A stretch of 64,000 nucleotides of DNA from an uncultured Clostridia bacterium (GCA_930990975.1 CAKNRR010000002.1:204-64203), one strand, 5' to 3'. Numbered from the stretch's first letter, positions 19,298-30,134 are shown. The notes: generated by a model not told the origin, from the sequence alone. Program-made: numbers and translations.

Positions 19298-20694
19298 AAT
19301 CTAATAAGGAAGAGTTTATAATTGAATTGCAAGACTTATGCAAACTATTTAATTTAGATATGGACAAGTCTGAGATAGAACATATAGAAGTGCAATCTCA
19401 AAATAAAATTACAAATGATTTCAAGTGTTGTATAGATGGGACTGAAAAAATCTATTCTTATTCTTATGTCATAGATCAATCATTAAGTGATTTACGAAAG
19501 AAATCTTTAAGAAAAAGAATGGTCAAAAATCATTTATATTTGATATTGTCAAAATCTTTAAATAAGACTCTTCCTTGGGGATCATTGACAGGAGTTCGCC
19601 CAACAAAATTTGCTAGAGATTTAATAGAATATGGCGAAATGAAAGAGCATCTAGTTTCAGAAGTTTTGCAAAGAGATTATTATGTTTCAAAAGATAAGGC
19701 AGAACTTGTTGCAGCTATTTTAAAGAATCAAAAATGTATAATAAGAAATGATAATCTTATTGATTTGTACATAAATATACCAATCTGTCCAACAAGATGT
19801 CTATATTGTTCTTTTATTTCAAGTGAAATAGAAAGGGTGAAAGATAAAGTTGATTTATACATAGATTGCCTAATCAAAGAGATTGAAGCGGTAAAGGAAA
19901 TTATAAAAAACAAGGCTTATATAGTAAGAACGATTTATATAGGTGGCGGCACTCCTTCAGTTTTAAGTGCAGAACAATTGGATAGGTTGTTAAACCGAGT
20001 TAATTTTCCAGTTAGTGAATTTACTGTTGAATGTGGACGAGCTGATACAATAACAGAAGAAAAATTGGATGTATTAAAAAGACATAATGTAACCAGACTT
20101 TCAATAAACCCACAGACATTTTGTGAAGCAACTTTAAAGAGAATAGGACGCAAGCAAAAGAATATAGAGATATTCAATGCCTACTCAAAAGCATTAGAAA
20201 GGGATTTTGTGGTAAATATGGATGTCATCGCTGGCTTGCCTGGAGAAAAGTTTGGCATTTTTAAAAGGTCAATAAACACTCTTTTGGAATTATGGCCAAA
20301 CAATATCACAGTTCATACTTTGTCTGTAAAAAATGGCGCTCTACTAAAGGATAATCAAAGCTTATTGGATGATAAAGACATAAATAAAATGGTGGATTTT
20401 GCGGAAAAGACATTGATTGAAAAAGGTTATAAGCCATATTATTTATACCGTCAAAAAAATCAACTTTGCGGACTTGAAAATGTAGGTTATTTCAGAGATG
20501 ATAGTGTTTGCATATTCAATGTAGACAGTATGGAAGAAACAAACACTGTTATAGGGCTTGGCGCGGGTGCTATGAGCAAACGAGTTTTTAATTTAGAGCA
20601 TAGAATAGAAAGACAACCAAATGTCAAATTTATAGAAGATTATATAGCAAGAATTGATGAAATGATTGAAAAGAAAAAAGAGTTTTATAAGTAA
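19291..20694 (+). CDS. HemN/HemZ-like radical SAM protein (oxygen-independent coproporphyrinogen oxidase family)
   Basis: CPTRCLYCSF radical-SAM cluster motif and GGGTPS. The long N-terminal extension resembles the HemZ subgroup. Overlaps the rel stop. Confidence 0.6.
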   Translation: MVKSNKEEFIIELQDLCKLFNLDMDKSEIEHIEVQSQNKITNDFKCCIDGTEKIYSYSYVIDQSLSDLRKKSLRKRMVKNHLYLILSKSLNKTLPWGSLTGVRPTKFARDLIEYGEMKEHLVSEVLQRDYYVSKDKAELVAAILKNQKCIIRNDNLIDLYINIPICPTRCLYCSFISSEIERVKDKVDLYIDCLIKEIEAVKEIIKNKAYIVRTIYIGGGTPSVLSAEQLDRLLNRVNFPVSEFTVECGRADTITEEKLDVLKRHNVTRLSINPQTFCEATLKRIGRKQKNIEIFNAYSKALERDFVVNMDVIAGLPGEKFGIFKRSINTLLELWPNNITVHTLSVKNGALLKDNQSLLDDKDINKMVDFAEKTLIEKGYKPYYLYRQKNQLCGLENVGYFRDDSVCIFNVDSMEETNTVIGLGAGAMSKRVFNLEHRIERQPNVKFIEDYIARIDEMIEKKKEFYK

Positions 20695-20767
20695 AATAAT
20701 CTTGCAGAGGCGGCAATCTTTTTGAAATTTATAAAGAAAAAATAAATATAAAAGTTTTAAATTTTAG

Positions 20768-20796
20768 TTTACAAATTCAACGAAGTGTGTTATACT
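20768..20796 (+). promoter_or_regulatory. Sigma-A-like promoter for rpsO with ~90-nt leader
   Basis: TTTACA, 17 nt, TATACT with TGt just upstream. The leader contains hairpin CGCAG...CTGGCG, a possible S15 autoregulatory leader (unverified). Confidence 0.45.
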
Positions 20797-20890
20797 TACA
20801 AAGTCGATAGTCCTTTAACGCAGTATTGATGAGACCTTCTGGCGCTTTGCTTCGTAAAAGGATACAAAAAAAATAAAATAGGAGGAAGCT

Positions 20891-21151
20891 ATGGAAAAGA
20901 AAGAAATTATTGATAAATATAAACTTTCTGAAAATGATACAGGTTCTGTACAAGTTCAAGTAGCTCTTTTGACAGCAAGAATCAATCACTTAAACGAACA
21001 CTTGAAAGCAAATCCAAAAGACAACCATTCGCGTCGTGGATTACTTCAAATGGTAGGTAAGAGAAAAGGTTTCTTGTTATATCTTAAAGAAAGAGATATT
21101 GAAGCTTATAGAAACTTAATTAAAGAACTTGGAATTCGTGAAGTAAAATAA
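20891..21151 (+). CDS. rpsO: 30S ribosomal protein S15
   Basis: [33 protein letters not shown]. 86 aa. Confidence 0.95.
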   Translation: MEKKEIIDKYKLSENDTGSVQVQVALLTARINHLNEHLKANPKDNHSRRGLLQMVGKRKGFLLYLKERDIEAYRNLIKELGIREVK

Positions 21152-21160
21152 GTTAATAAT

Positions 21161-21199
21161 AAAAAGGGGGAGAGGATGTTTTTGTCGACCCCTTTTTTT
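21161..21199 (+). terminator. Terminator/attenuator between rpsO and pnp
   Basis: AAAAAGGGGG...CCCCTTTTTTT with a ~19-nt loop. Confidence 0.55.
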
Positions 21200-21221
21200 G
21201 AAATAATGTAAGGAGAATATA

Positions 21222-23351
21222 ATGAAAGAAGATGCAAAAATTTATGAAATTGAAATAGGCGGAAAGAAAGTTACATTTGAAACAGGAAGATTGTGCGAAC
21301 AAGCAAATGGAAGCTGTCTTGTTAAATGTGGAGAAACAGTGGTTATGGTTAATGTAACCATGTCAAAAGAACCAAGACCAGGTATAGACTTTTTCCCTTT
21401 AGCAGTAGATTTTGAAGAAAAGATGTACTCTGTTGGAAAGATTCCTGGAGGATTTAAGAAAAGAGAAGGTAAGCCATCAGATAAGGCAATACTTACATCA
21501 AGACTTATAGATAGACCATTAAGACCTCTTTTCCCAAAGGGTTTCTATCATGATGTATGTGTTGTTGCAACTGCATTGTCAGTTGATCCAGATGTTGCAC
21601 CAGAACCAATGGCAATGCTCGGCTCAAGTTTTGCTTTGACAATATCAGATATTCCATTTATGGGCCCAACAGGATCAGTTCAAGTGGGGCTTGTTGATGG
21701 AGAATTTATCATCAATCCAGATAGCGAACAACGCGAAAAATCTTTAATGCACTTGACAGTGTCAGGAACAGACGAAGCTGTTTTAATGGTTGAAGCTGGC
21801 GCAAAAGAAGTTCCAGAAGAAACTATGCTTGATGCTATTATGTTCGCTCATGAAGAGATTAAAAAGATTGTAGCTTTCCAAAAGAAAGTCAAAGAAGAAA
21901 TAGGAAAGCCGGTTGCTGAAAATTTGGTATATGATATAGTTCCAGAAGAAATAGATAAAGCAGTAAGAGAATTTGCAGATGCAAAACTTGATTATGCTTT
22001 AGACACTTTTGATAGAACTGAAAGACAAAACAGACAAGACGCTGTTGACAGTGAAACAAAAGAACATTTTGCAGAAATATTCCCAGAAAGCGAAAAAGCA
22101 ATAGGACAAGTTCTTTATAAGATGACAAAAGAAAAGGTTAGAGCTAAGATATTAAATCAAGGCATAAGACCTGACGGACGAAAACTTACAGAAATAAGAC
22201 CTATTTGGTGTGAAACAGGTGTTCTTCCAAGAACTCATGGTAGCGCAATATTTACAAGAGGCCAAACTCAAGTTTTGACAACTTTGACATTAGGTACTGT
22301 TTCGGATATGCAAAAACTTGAAGGACTTGATGATGAAGAAGTTAACAGATATGTTCATCACTATAATATGCCAGCTTATGCAACAGGAGAGGCTAGAGGA
22401 ATAAAGAGCCCAGGAAGAAGAGAAATCGGACATGGAGCTCTTGCAGAAAGAGCTTTGGAAGCTGTTATCCCATCTGAAGAAGAATTCCCTTATGCTTTAA
22501 GACTTGTTTCAGAAGTTCTTTCATCAAATGGTTCATCATCAATGGCTTCTGTTTGTGGCTCTACATTGGCATTGATGGACGGCGGAGTTCCAATCAAACG
22601 ACCAGTTGCTGGTATTGCAATGGGACTTATAAAAGATGATGCTTCACAAAAAGTTGCAGTTCTTTCAGATATTCAAGGCTTGGAAGATTTCTTAGGAGAT
22701 ATGGATTTCAAAGTTACTGGAACAGAAAAAGGTGTAACAGCAATCCAAATGGATATTAAGATCAAAGGAATTGACAAAAATATCTTAACAACAGCTTTGA
22801 AACAAGCAAGAGAAGGAAGAATGTTTATAATGAACAAACTTCTTGAAGAAATCAAAGAACCAAGAAAAGAACTTTCTAAATATGCTCCTAAAATTATCAC
22901 ATTCAATATTGACCCTGATAAGATAAAAGATGTTATTGGAACAGGCGGAAAGATGATTAATAAGATTATTGACGAAACTGGTGTCAAGATTGACATCAAT
23001 GATGATGGACAAGTTTTCATTGCTACACAAGAATTAGAAATGGCTGAGAAAGCTAAGAAAATAATCTTAGGAATCGTTGAAGATGTAGAAGTCGGTGATG
23101 TGTATGATGCTAAGGTTGTAAGAATTATGAACTTTGGCGCTTTTGTAGAGTTTGGCGGAAATAAAGAAGGCATGATTCACATTTCAAAATTATCAAACAA
23201 GAGAGTTGATAAGGTTGAAGATGTTGTAAAGATAGGAGATGTTATTGAAGCTGAAGTTATAAAGATTGATGATAAAGGAAGAATCGACTTAAAGAGAATT
23301 GTTCCAAAGACAGAAAAAGAAAACAAAAATAAAGAAGATAAAAAAGATTAA
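21222..23351 (+). CDS. pnp: Polyribonucleotide nucleotidyltransferase (PNPase)
   Basis: Two RNase PH domains, KH ([15 protein letters not shown]) and S1 ([20 protein letters not shown]). Confidence 0.95.
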   Translation: MKEDAKIYEIEIGGKKVTFETGRLCEQANGSCLVKCGETVVMVNVTMSKEPRPGIDFFPLAVDFEEKMYSVGKIPGGFKKREGKPSDKAILTSRLIDRPLRPLFPKGFYHDVCVVATALSVDPDVAPEPMAMLGSSFALTISDIPFMGPTGSVQVGLVDGEFIINPDSEQREKSLMHLTVSGTDEAVLMVEAGAKEVPEETMLDAIMFAHEEIKKIVAFQKKVKEEIGKPVAENLVYDIVPEEIDKAVREFADAKLDYALDTFDRTERQNRQDAVDSETKEHFAEIFPESEKAIGQVLYKMTKEKVRAKILNQGIRPDGRKLTEIRPIWCETGVLPRTHGSAIFTRGQTQVLTTLTLGTVSDMQKLEGLDDEEVNRYVHHYNMPAYATGEARGIKSPGRREIGHGALAERALEAVIPSEEEFPYALRLVSEVLSSNGSSSMASVCGSTLALMDGGVPIKRPVAGIAMGLIKDDASQKVAVLSDIQGLEDFLGDMDFKVTGTEKGVTAIQMDIKIKGIDKNILTTALKQAREGRMFIMNKLLEEIKEPRKELSKYAPKIITFNIDPDKIKDVIGTGGKMINKIIDETGVKIDINDDGQVFIATQELEMAEKAKKIILGIVEDVEVGDVYDAKVVRIMNFGAFVEFGGNKEGMIHISKLSNKRVDKVEDVVKIGDVIEAEVIKIDDKGRIDLKRIVPKTEKENKNKEDKKD

Positions 23352-23357
23352 AATTTT

Positions 23358-23392
23358 AAAAAAGCACTTTTAAGTAAAGTGCTTTTTCTTTT
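23358..23392 (+). terminator. Rho-independent terminator after pnp
   Basis: AAAGCACTTT-taagt-AAAGTGCTTT followed by a T run. Confidence 0.8.
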
Positions 23393-23490
23393 ATAATTTT
23401 CTAATATTATCGTCATTTTCCTTTATATTTCGAGCTATTATGTAATGTTTATATAACTATTACATAATAGTACATAATAATACATCAAAG

Positions 23491-24624
23491 TCAACAGTTT
23501 TTAAAAATATGTTTGACAGCAAACAATAATTTTTGCATCTCTGTAAATGTGTTGAAGTATGAAAGTGACACTCGAACAGCTCCTTGTTCAATAGTCCCAA
23601 GAGCCTTATGCTTTATAGGAGCACAATGGTATCCTCCACGAACACAGATATCATATTTTTCATTCAAGATATTGGCCACCTCATTTGAATGTAAATCTTT
23701 TATGTTGAATGCTATGACGCCAAAAGAATTCTCTGGTTGAGTGTAGGTTGTTACCCCCATTTTATTAAGTTCATAATTGAAAAAGGTTGTCAAATCATCA
23801 AGCTTGTTTACAATGTCATCAAAGTTTCTTTCAACAAAATCAACTCCGGCTTCAAGACCTAAAATTAAAGGTGTTGATATGGTTCCGCTTTCTAATCTTT
23901 CTGGAAATATATTGGGCTGGAAGAGTTCAAGTGAATTCGTGCCAGTGCCACCAAACATGATAGGCTCAGGACGATATTTGTCGCCTATAATTAATGCACC
24001 TATGCTTTGTGGTGCATAAAAACCTTTATGCCCAGCAACTGATAAATAATCAATATTGTTTTCTTTGATGTCAATTTTTATATGTCCGCAACTTTGAGCT
24101 CCATCAACAAGAAAGATTATGTTGTTTTGTGAGCAATATTCTCCAATACTTTTAATGTCAGCAATGCTTCCATTAACATTTGAAATATGATTGCATATAA
24201 TCATGTAGGTATTGTCTTTTTTATACTTTAAAATATCATTTAAACTTATTCCTATTGGGCTATTTTGGTATGCTATATCATAGTCAATAATGCCTAGATT
24301 TTTTAAAAATTCAAGAGGTCTTAAAACTGAATTATGTTCATTTTCCGTACAAATTACATGTCCATTTTTTTTAGCTGAGCCTAAAATTGCTAAATTAAGT
24401 GCTTGTGTACAGTTTAGAGTAAATATAACATTTTGTCCACTTTCTGCATTAAAATGGTGGGCAAGCTTTTCGCGGGTTTCTTCGATTTTTAATGCTGTTT
24501 TAATGCTTGCTTTATGTCCGCTTCGTCCAGGGTTTGCTGTATAGTGAAGCAAACTTTCGTTTACGGCTTTTATTACTTCTTTGGGCTTTGTGTATGTTGA
24601 TGCGCTATTATCTAAATAAATCAT
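23491..24624 (-). CDS. Class-V aminotransferase / cysteine desulfurase family protein
   Basis: IYLDNSASTY N-terminus. PLP-lysine context SVAGHKGFYAPQSIG. Start at MIYLDN (24624) behind AAAGGAAAG. Track start 24678 is an extension. Confidence 0.7.
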   Translation of the reverse strand: MIYLDNSASTYTKPKEVIKAVNESLLHYTANPGRSGHKASIKTALKIEETREKLAHHFNAESGQNVIFTLNCTQALNLAILGSAKKNGHVICTENEHNSVLRPLEFLKNLGIIDYDIAYQNSPIGISLNDILKYKKDNTYMIICNHISNVNGSIADIKSIGEYCSQNNIIFLVDGAQSCGHIKIDIKENNIDYLSVAGHKGFYAPQSIGALIIGDKYRPEPIMFGGTGTNSLELFQPNIFPERLESGTISTPLILGLEAGVDFVERNFDDIVNKLDDLTTFFNYELNKMGVTTYTQPENSFGVIAFNIKDLHSNEVANILNEKYDICVRGGYHCAPIKHKALGTIEQGAVRVSLSYFNTFTEMQKLLFAVKHIFKNC

Positions 24625-24691
24625 TGTAAACTTTCCTTTATATTTACAATATAGTGTTTTAGAGGGGAATTTGTGCATATAGGAGGTTGTA

Positions 24692-24952
24692 ATGTCTTAT
24701 ATAATTGTGGTATTTAGTTCAAGAAATGAAACATTATATCTCGTAAATATGTTTAAATCAAATGGGTTTTATGCAAGTGTTGTAAACACGCCAAAAGAGG
24801 CAGGTCAGGCTTGTGGAATTTCTGTTTGTATCGAGGAAAGATTGCTGACTGTCGCTAAATCTTTTTTGCAGTCAAAGCCATTTCGCTCTTTTTATGGCTT
24901 TTTTAGAGTGACGACAGCAGGAAAATGCAAAAAGGTTGAAAGGATAGGGTAA
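24692..24952 (+). CDS. DUF3343-like small protein (putative S/Se carrier-associated)
   Basis: VVFSSRNETLYLVNMFKSNGFYASVVNTPKEAGQACGISV fits the DUF3343 pattern (FxS...A...L...G....L.P.P...S..CG.A). Divergent from a class-V desulfurase, a common pairing. Confidence 0.5.
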   Translation: MSYIIVVFSSRNETLYLVNMFKSNGFYASVVNTPKEAGQACGISVCIEERLLTVAKSFLQSKPFRSFYGFFRVTTAGKCKKVERIG

Positions 24953-25005
24953 TTTTATTTTTATGAAACATGTATTTTTATTATTAAAACCAATAAAATA
25001 AGAAT

Positions 25006-25545
25006 ATGAAATCTTTTTATGTCTTGTTAGGATTGCTGATGACTTCAATAATTCTTGTATATTCAATAGGCTGTTTTTATGCTTATTTTTATCCAATGAA
25101 ATATTATGAAGAAATCGTTGATGTTTCGCAAAAATATGACATAGACGGAGCCTTAGTTGCTTCAATTGCCAATGTTGAAAGCAATTTTAAAAACGATGCA
25201 AAATCTAATAAGGGTGCTATTGGAATAATGCAGATTATGCCATCAACGGCAGAATGGCTTGCAAGCAGATTAAATAAAGAATATGCTGAAGAAATGCTTT
25301 ATGAGCCTTCTTATAATATTGAGCTTGGGGCTTATTATTTGTCATATTTGATTGATTCTTTTGAAGATGAAAAATTGGTGATATGTGCTTATAATGCGGG
25401 ACAAGGAAATGTGTCAAATTGGCTTGCAAATAAAGAGTATTCTTCTGATGGTAAATCATTAAATAAAATACCTTTTAAGGAAACAAAAAACTATTTAAAT
25501 AAAGTTACTAAGAATTATAGATATTATAAAAATAAGTATAAATAA
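25006..25545 (+). CDS. Membrane-anchored lytic transglycosylase (SLT domain)
   Basis: ANVESNFKNDAKSNKGAIGIMQIMPSTA and AYNAGQGNV. Confidence 0.7.
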   Translation: MKSFYVLLGLLMTSIILVYSIGCFYAYFYPMKYYEEIVDVSQKYDIDGALVASIANVESNFKNDAKSNKGAIGIMQIMPSTAEWLASRLNKEYAEEMLYEPSYNIELGAYYLSYLIDSFEDEKLVICAYNAGQGNVSNWLANKEYSSDGKSLNKIPFKETKNYLNKVTKNYRYYKNKYK

Positions 25546-25602
25546 TTGACATATTTTCTAATTTGTGCTAAGTTATTTTATAGTTATAAAGAGGAGAAAA
25601 AT

Positions 25603-27066
25603 ATGTCAAATGTACAAAACTTATCAAACGAAGTTGATATAAGAAAAAAGAAGATTGAAGATTTAGTAAATATGGGAGAAATTCCTTATAAAGATAAATT
25701 TGAAAGAACTTGCACAATAAAAGAAGCTAGAGAAAAAATAGGCGAAAGAGTAAAGATTGCAGGGCGAATCATATTTAAGCGTGTTATGGGTAAATTCGGC
25801 TTTATTCAAATAAGGGATATATATGCAAAAATTCAAGTTTCTGTAGGGCGTAATGAGCTTGACGAAGAGGCTTATGATTTCTATAAAAAGATGATTGATA
25901 TAGCTGATTTTGTAGGTGTTGAAGGTGAGGTTTATACAACTCAAACAGGAGAAGTTACAGTAAAGGCAGAGAAAGTTACGCTTTTATCTAAAACATTAAG
26001 ACCTTTACCTGAAAAGTTCCATGGCTTGACGGACGCTGAAACTATTTATAGACAAAGATATCTTGACTTGATAACAAATGAAAAATCAAGACAAGTATTT
26101 TTGACGCGTAGTAAAATTGAATCTTTCATAAGGAGATATTTGGAAGATAATGGATTCATAGAAGTTGAAACACCGGTTTTGCAAACAAGCGTATCTGGTG
26201 CAAGCGCTAAGCCATTTTTTACTCATCATAATGCTTTGGATTTGGAATGTAATTTGCGTATTGCAACTGAAACATGGCTTAAACAATGTATAGCAGCTGG
26301 TATAGATAGAGTCTTTGAAATGGGCAAGGATTTCAGAAATGAAGGAATGGATCCATCACATCTGCAAGAATTTACACAGGTTGAATGGTATGCTTCTTAT
26401 TGGAATTTTGAAGACAATATAAAGTTTTTCTATAATTTAATAAATCAGCTTTTGAAGTCTTGCATAGGCACAACAAAGATAACATATCAAGGGCAAGAAA
26501 TAGAATTTGGAAGCGAATGGGTAAGAATTGATTATGTAGCAAAAATGCGTGAAATTTTAGGGTTTGATTTCTTAGAAGAAAATGATGTAGATGAATATAA
26601 GAAAAAGGTTGTGGAGAAAGGACTCTTCTCATATCAAGATCTTGAAGATTGCAAAACTATAAGAACTTTAACTGATTATATTTACAAGAGAAAACTGAGG
26701 GCAGGAATAGTAAATCCTACAATTATTTATAACTATCCAGCATATCTTGTGCCTCTTGCAAGAAGAAATGATAAAGACAATAGAATTATAGATATGTTCC
26801 AAGTTGTTGCTGGTGGGGCTGAATTAGTAAAAGCATATTCTGAGCTTGTAGATCCAATTTTGCAAAGAAAATTGCTTGAAGAACAACTTGAAGAGAAAGC
26901 AATGGGAGATGATGAAACTATGGATGTAGATGAAGATTTCTTGCTTGCTATGGAGCATGGGATGCCTCCGATTTCTGGTCTTGGTTTTGGTATAGATAGA
27001 TTTGTTCAGTTTATATTTGACCTACCAAACATTCGTGATACTGTATTATTCCCATTGATGAAATAA
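25603..27066 (+). CDS. lysS: Lysine--tRNA ligase (class II)
   Basis: FRNEGMDPSHLQEFTQVEWY and GLGFGIDRF. Start at ATG 25603 behind GAGGAG. Confidence 0.9.
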   Translation: MSNVQNLSNEVDIRKKKIEDLVNMGEIPYKDKFERTCTIKEAREKIGERVKIAGRIIFKRVMGKFGFIQIRDIYAKIQVSVGRNELDEEAYDFYKKMIDIADFVGVEGEVYTTQTGEVTVKAEKVTLLSKTLRPLPEKFHGLTDAETIYRQRYLDLITNEKSRQVFLTRSKIESFIRRYLEDNGFIEVETPVLQTSVSGASAKPFFTHHNALDLECNLRIATETWLKQCIAAGIDRVFEMGKDFRNEGMDPSHLQEFTQVEWYASYWNFEDNIKFFYNLINQLLKSCIGTTKITYQGQEIEFGSEWVRIDYVAKMREILGFDFLEENDVDEYKKKVVEKGLFSYQDLEDCKTIRTLTDYIYKRKLRAGIVNPTIIYNYPAYLVPLARRNDKDNRIIDMFQVVAGGAELVKAYSELVDPILQRKLLEEQLEEKAMGDDETMDVDEDFLLAMEHGMPPISGLGFGIDRFVQFIFDLPNIRDTVLFPLMK

Positions 27067-27503
27067 TTTGTTTTAACAAAACAATGAAAGATTAAAATTC
27101 TAAGGCTTTTGTTTTGTTTATATCATAGCCTAAATTAAATTGAAGCAGGTGTTTTAAATCGAGAAAGATTAAGATAAATCAAAAGCTTAATTTTTAGGCT
27201 AAATTAAAAAAACTTCAAAGTTAAGTAAAATTTATGGGAGTGGTTTAATAATTTTAGACTTGTTTAAGTTGTAAATCGTTAGTGTTCGATTAATGATTTT
27301 TGATGTGGTAAAGATAAATAAAGTATTTATAATTGACTTTATTTATAAGCAAGGAAGGATAATGAAATAAAAATGCTTGTGTAAAACAAGTTTATGGTTA
27401 GTAATTATGTTTATTAAATAAGTTTAATTCTGAAAATCGTTTAAAGGAAATAATTGTATTTGAAACTCGTGAATAATTTATATGATTTTGCTGCTGTTTA
27501 AAA

Positions 27504-27532
27504 TTGACAAACTTTTAAAATATAGTTATGAT
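27504..27532 (+). promoter_or_regulatory. Sigma-A-like promoter upstream of nth
   Basis: TTGACA, 17 nt, TATGAT. Confidence 0.45.
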
Positions 27533-27604
27533 AAACTGTGTCTCAAAACAAACAAATTTTAAAAAGGCGATTAAAGAAATAAAAATTATACTAAAGGGAA
27601 GTAG

Positions 27605-28243
27605 ATGAAAAAAATCGATTCTAAAGAAATTTGTGAGAAATTGGATTATTTGTTTCCAGCAGTAGAGTGTGAGTTGAAATTCAATTCAACTTATGAACTG
27701 CTTGTTGCTGTAATTTTGTCTGCTCAATGTACTGATAAAAGAGTTAATGTAGTCACAAATGAATTGTTTAAAGAATATAACACTCCAGAAAAAATGTTGA
27801 AATTGACGCAGGAAGAGTTGGAGCAAAAAATTCATTCTTGTGGATTTTATCACAATAAAGCAAAAAACATCTTATCCATGAGTAAAGATCTTATAGATAA
27901 GTTTGGAGGAGAAGTTCCAAATGATTTAGACAAGTTACAGACTCTTGCAGGAGTTGGTAGAAAAACAGCAAATGTTGTTTACTCTGAAGCTTTTAAGGGA
28001 GATGCAATCGCTGTCGATACACATGTGCTTAGGGTGTCGAATAGACTAGGCTTAGTTAAAACGGACAATCCTTTAAAATGTGAATTGGCATTAATGGATG
28101 TTTTTGATAAAGATAAATGGGGGAAGCTTCATTTACAGTTGGTCCATTTTGGAAGATATGTTTGTAAGGCGATAAAACCACAGTGTGATAATTGCTTATT
28201 TAAGGATAAATGTCAGTATTATGCAACGCATAATACTGTATAA
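27605..28243 (+). CDS. nth: Endonuclease III
   Basis: HhH LAGVGRKTANVV. Fe-S cluster loop CKAIKPQCDNCLFKDKC. Confidence 0.85.
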   Translation: MKKIDSKEICEKLDYLFPAVECELKFNSTYELLVAVILSAQCTDKRVNVVTNELFKEYNTPEKMLKLTQEELEQKIHSCGFYHNKAKNILSMSKDLIDKFGGEVPNDLDKLQTLAGVGRKTANVVYSEAFKGDAIAVDTHVLRVSNRLGLVKTDNPLKCELALMDVFDKDKWGKLHLQLVHFGRYVCKAIKPQCDNCLFKDKCQYYATHNTV

Positions 28244-28433
28244 TGTAATATTTATATTAGACATAATACCATATACAGTAAAAGTTTAAATGGCTTGGCT
28301 TTTATTAATAATAAAGCATATTTGATAAAAAGTTAATAAGATAAGATTTGATAATGTAATTGAAAAATATGTATGAATATGAAAGTGAATTTTATTAAAT
28401 AAATTTTTATAAATTCATTAAAAGTGAGGAATC

Positions 28434-29702
28434 ATGTTTTTAGATAGAGTGAAAATTTCAATAAAAGCAGGAAATGGTGGCAATGGAGCTACATCTTTTT
28501 TGCGTAATGCTATGACAGCAAATGGAGGCCCTGATGGTGGTGAGGGAGGAAATGGCGGAAGCATCATTTTTAAAGCTTCTAAGGACATGAACACTCTTTA
28601 TGAATTCAGGTTTCATAAAAAATTTGTTGCAGGAAATGGTGAAAATGGAGCAAAAAAATTGCAGACTGGAGCAAACGGAAAAGATTTAATAATAAAAGTG
28701 CCTTGTGGAACTGTTATAATTGATAGTGAAAGTGATAAAGTAATAGCTGATTTATTTGAAGATGGATCTGAATTTGTTGCTTTGAAAGGTGGAAAAGGCG
28801 GACATGGAAATGCTTATTATAAGTCATCAATAAAGCAAGCACCTCATTATTCTCAAACAGGAGAAGTGACAAAAGGCCATGAGGTTATTTTGGAGTTAAA
28901 AACAATAGCTGATGTTGGTTTAGTTGGATTCCCAAATGCTGGGAAATCGACATTATTGTCTTGTATTTCAAATGCCAATCCTAAAATTGCAAACTATCCT
29001 TTTACAACATTATATCCTAATTTAGGTGTGTGTGAGGTAAGGGGACAAACATTTGTTGTTGCTGATATTCCAGGATTGATTGAGGGAGCAAGTCAAGGAC
29101 AAGGTTTAGGTCATTATTTTTTAAAACATGTAGAAAGAGTAAGGCTTATTTTACATTTAGTTGACATATCACAAAGTGATGGCAGGGACTTTATAGAAGA
29201 TTATTTGACAATTAATAAAGAGCTTGAGAATTATAGCTCTGAGCTTGCAAATACTCCTCAAATTGTAGTATTGTCAAAAATAGATTTGATTGACGAGGAA
29301 ACTAGAGAAGAAAGAATTGAAAGGTTTAAAAAAGAGATTGGGATAGATTTTATCACAATATCTGGTGCAACTTATGAAGGTATTGAACAATTGAAATTGT
29401 TGACTTTGGAAAGATTAAGTAAAATACCTAAAAAACCGCCTATACAAGTGGAAGAATTTAACTTTGATAAGAGAGATTATGAGTCAATTAATATAACACG
29501 AGATGATGAAGGAGCGTTTGTTCTTAGCGGCGGAAAGATTGATAATTTTATCAGAGGTGTTGTGTTGTCAGATACTAGATCGTTTGCATATTTTCAAAAC
29601 AGATTGCAAGAGATGGGAATTATTGACATGCTTAAACAAAAAGGCATGAAAAATGGCGATACAGTTAAAATTAAAGATATTGTTTTTGAATATAGTGAAT
29701 AG
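28434..29702 (+). CDS. obg: GTPase Obg
   Basis: FLDRVKISIKAGNGGNG Obg fold. G motifs GFPNAGKST and DIPGLIEGAS. Confidence 0.9.
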   Translation: MFLDRVKISIKAGNGGNGATSFLRNAMTANGGPDGGEGGNGGSIIFKASKDMNTLYEFRFHKKFVAGNGENGAKKLQTGANGKDLIIKVPCGTVIIDSESDKVIADLFEDGSEFVALKGGKGGHGNAYYKSSIKQAPHYSQTGEVTKGHEVILELKTIADVGLVGFPNAGKSTLLSCISNANPKIANYPFTTLYPNLGVCEVRGQTFVVADIPGLIEGASQGQGLGHYFLKHVERVRLILHLVDISQSDGRDFIEDYLTINKELENYSSELANTPQIVVLSKIDLIDEETREERIERFKKEIGIDFITISGATYEGIEQLKLLTLERLSKIPKKPPIQVEEFNFDKRDYESINITRDDEGAFVLSGGKIDNFIRGVVLSDTRSFAYFQNRLQEMGIIDMLKQKGMKNGDTVKIKDIVFEYSE

Positions 29703-29723
29703 ATTGAGTTAAAAGGAGATTTT

Positions 29724-30020
29724 ATGATAACAACAAAACAAAGAGCTTATTTGCGAGGACTCGGTAACGCATTAGACCCTGTTATGCAAATAGGAAAAGA
29801 TGGATTAAGCGAGAATTCATATCAAACGATTGAAAGTTTGTTGGAAGCTAGAGAGCTTATAAAAATTAAGGTTTTAAAAAACAGCGATTTAAAACCAAAA
29901 GATGTTATTTCTACCATTTGTAATAAATTAAATGCACAGCCAGTTCAAGTAATTGGAAATATAATTATAATTTACAGAAAGTCATCTAAAAAAGATTTTA
30001 AACATATTGAATTTTTATAA
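29724..30020 (+). CDS. yhbY: YhbY-like RNA-binding protein (CRM domain)
   Basis: [25 protein letters not shown]. ~98 aa, directly after obg. Confidence 0.75.
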   Translation: MITTKQRAYLRGLGNALDPVMQIGKDGLSENSYQTIESLLEARELIKIKVLKNSDLKPKDVISTICNKLNAQPVQVIGNIIIIYRKSSKKDFKHIEFL

Positions 30021-30134
30021 AATATATAATGAAATGCGTAATTTAGTTATGTTTGCATAACTAAATTTGTAACATAATATAATATTAATTGTTCAATATT
30101 TGTTATTTAAAATGTAAAAGATTTAAAAATTGAT

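Noticed and set aside
28223-28254. dif-like string: ACGCATAA-tactgta-TAATGTAATAT resembles the XerC/D dif arms (..CGCATAA / TTATGT(A/T)AA..).
   Set aside because: - The central region would be 7 nt, not 6.
- The right arm matches only ~8/11.
- The left arm is simply one half of the 11-bp hairpin palindrome.
- The site overlaps the nth stop codon rather than lying in a terminus-type intergenic region.
28259-28278. A shared ~20-mer, AGACATAATAC(C/T)ATAT.., at 28259 and 53131. Both copies lie ~175 nt upstream of a start codon (obg, serS).
   Set aside because: A back-of-envelope estimate for this base composition predicts many chance 11-mer repeats in 64 kb. The flanking leaders are not otherwise alignable.
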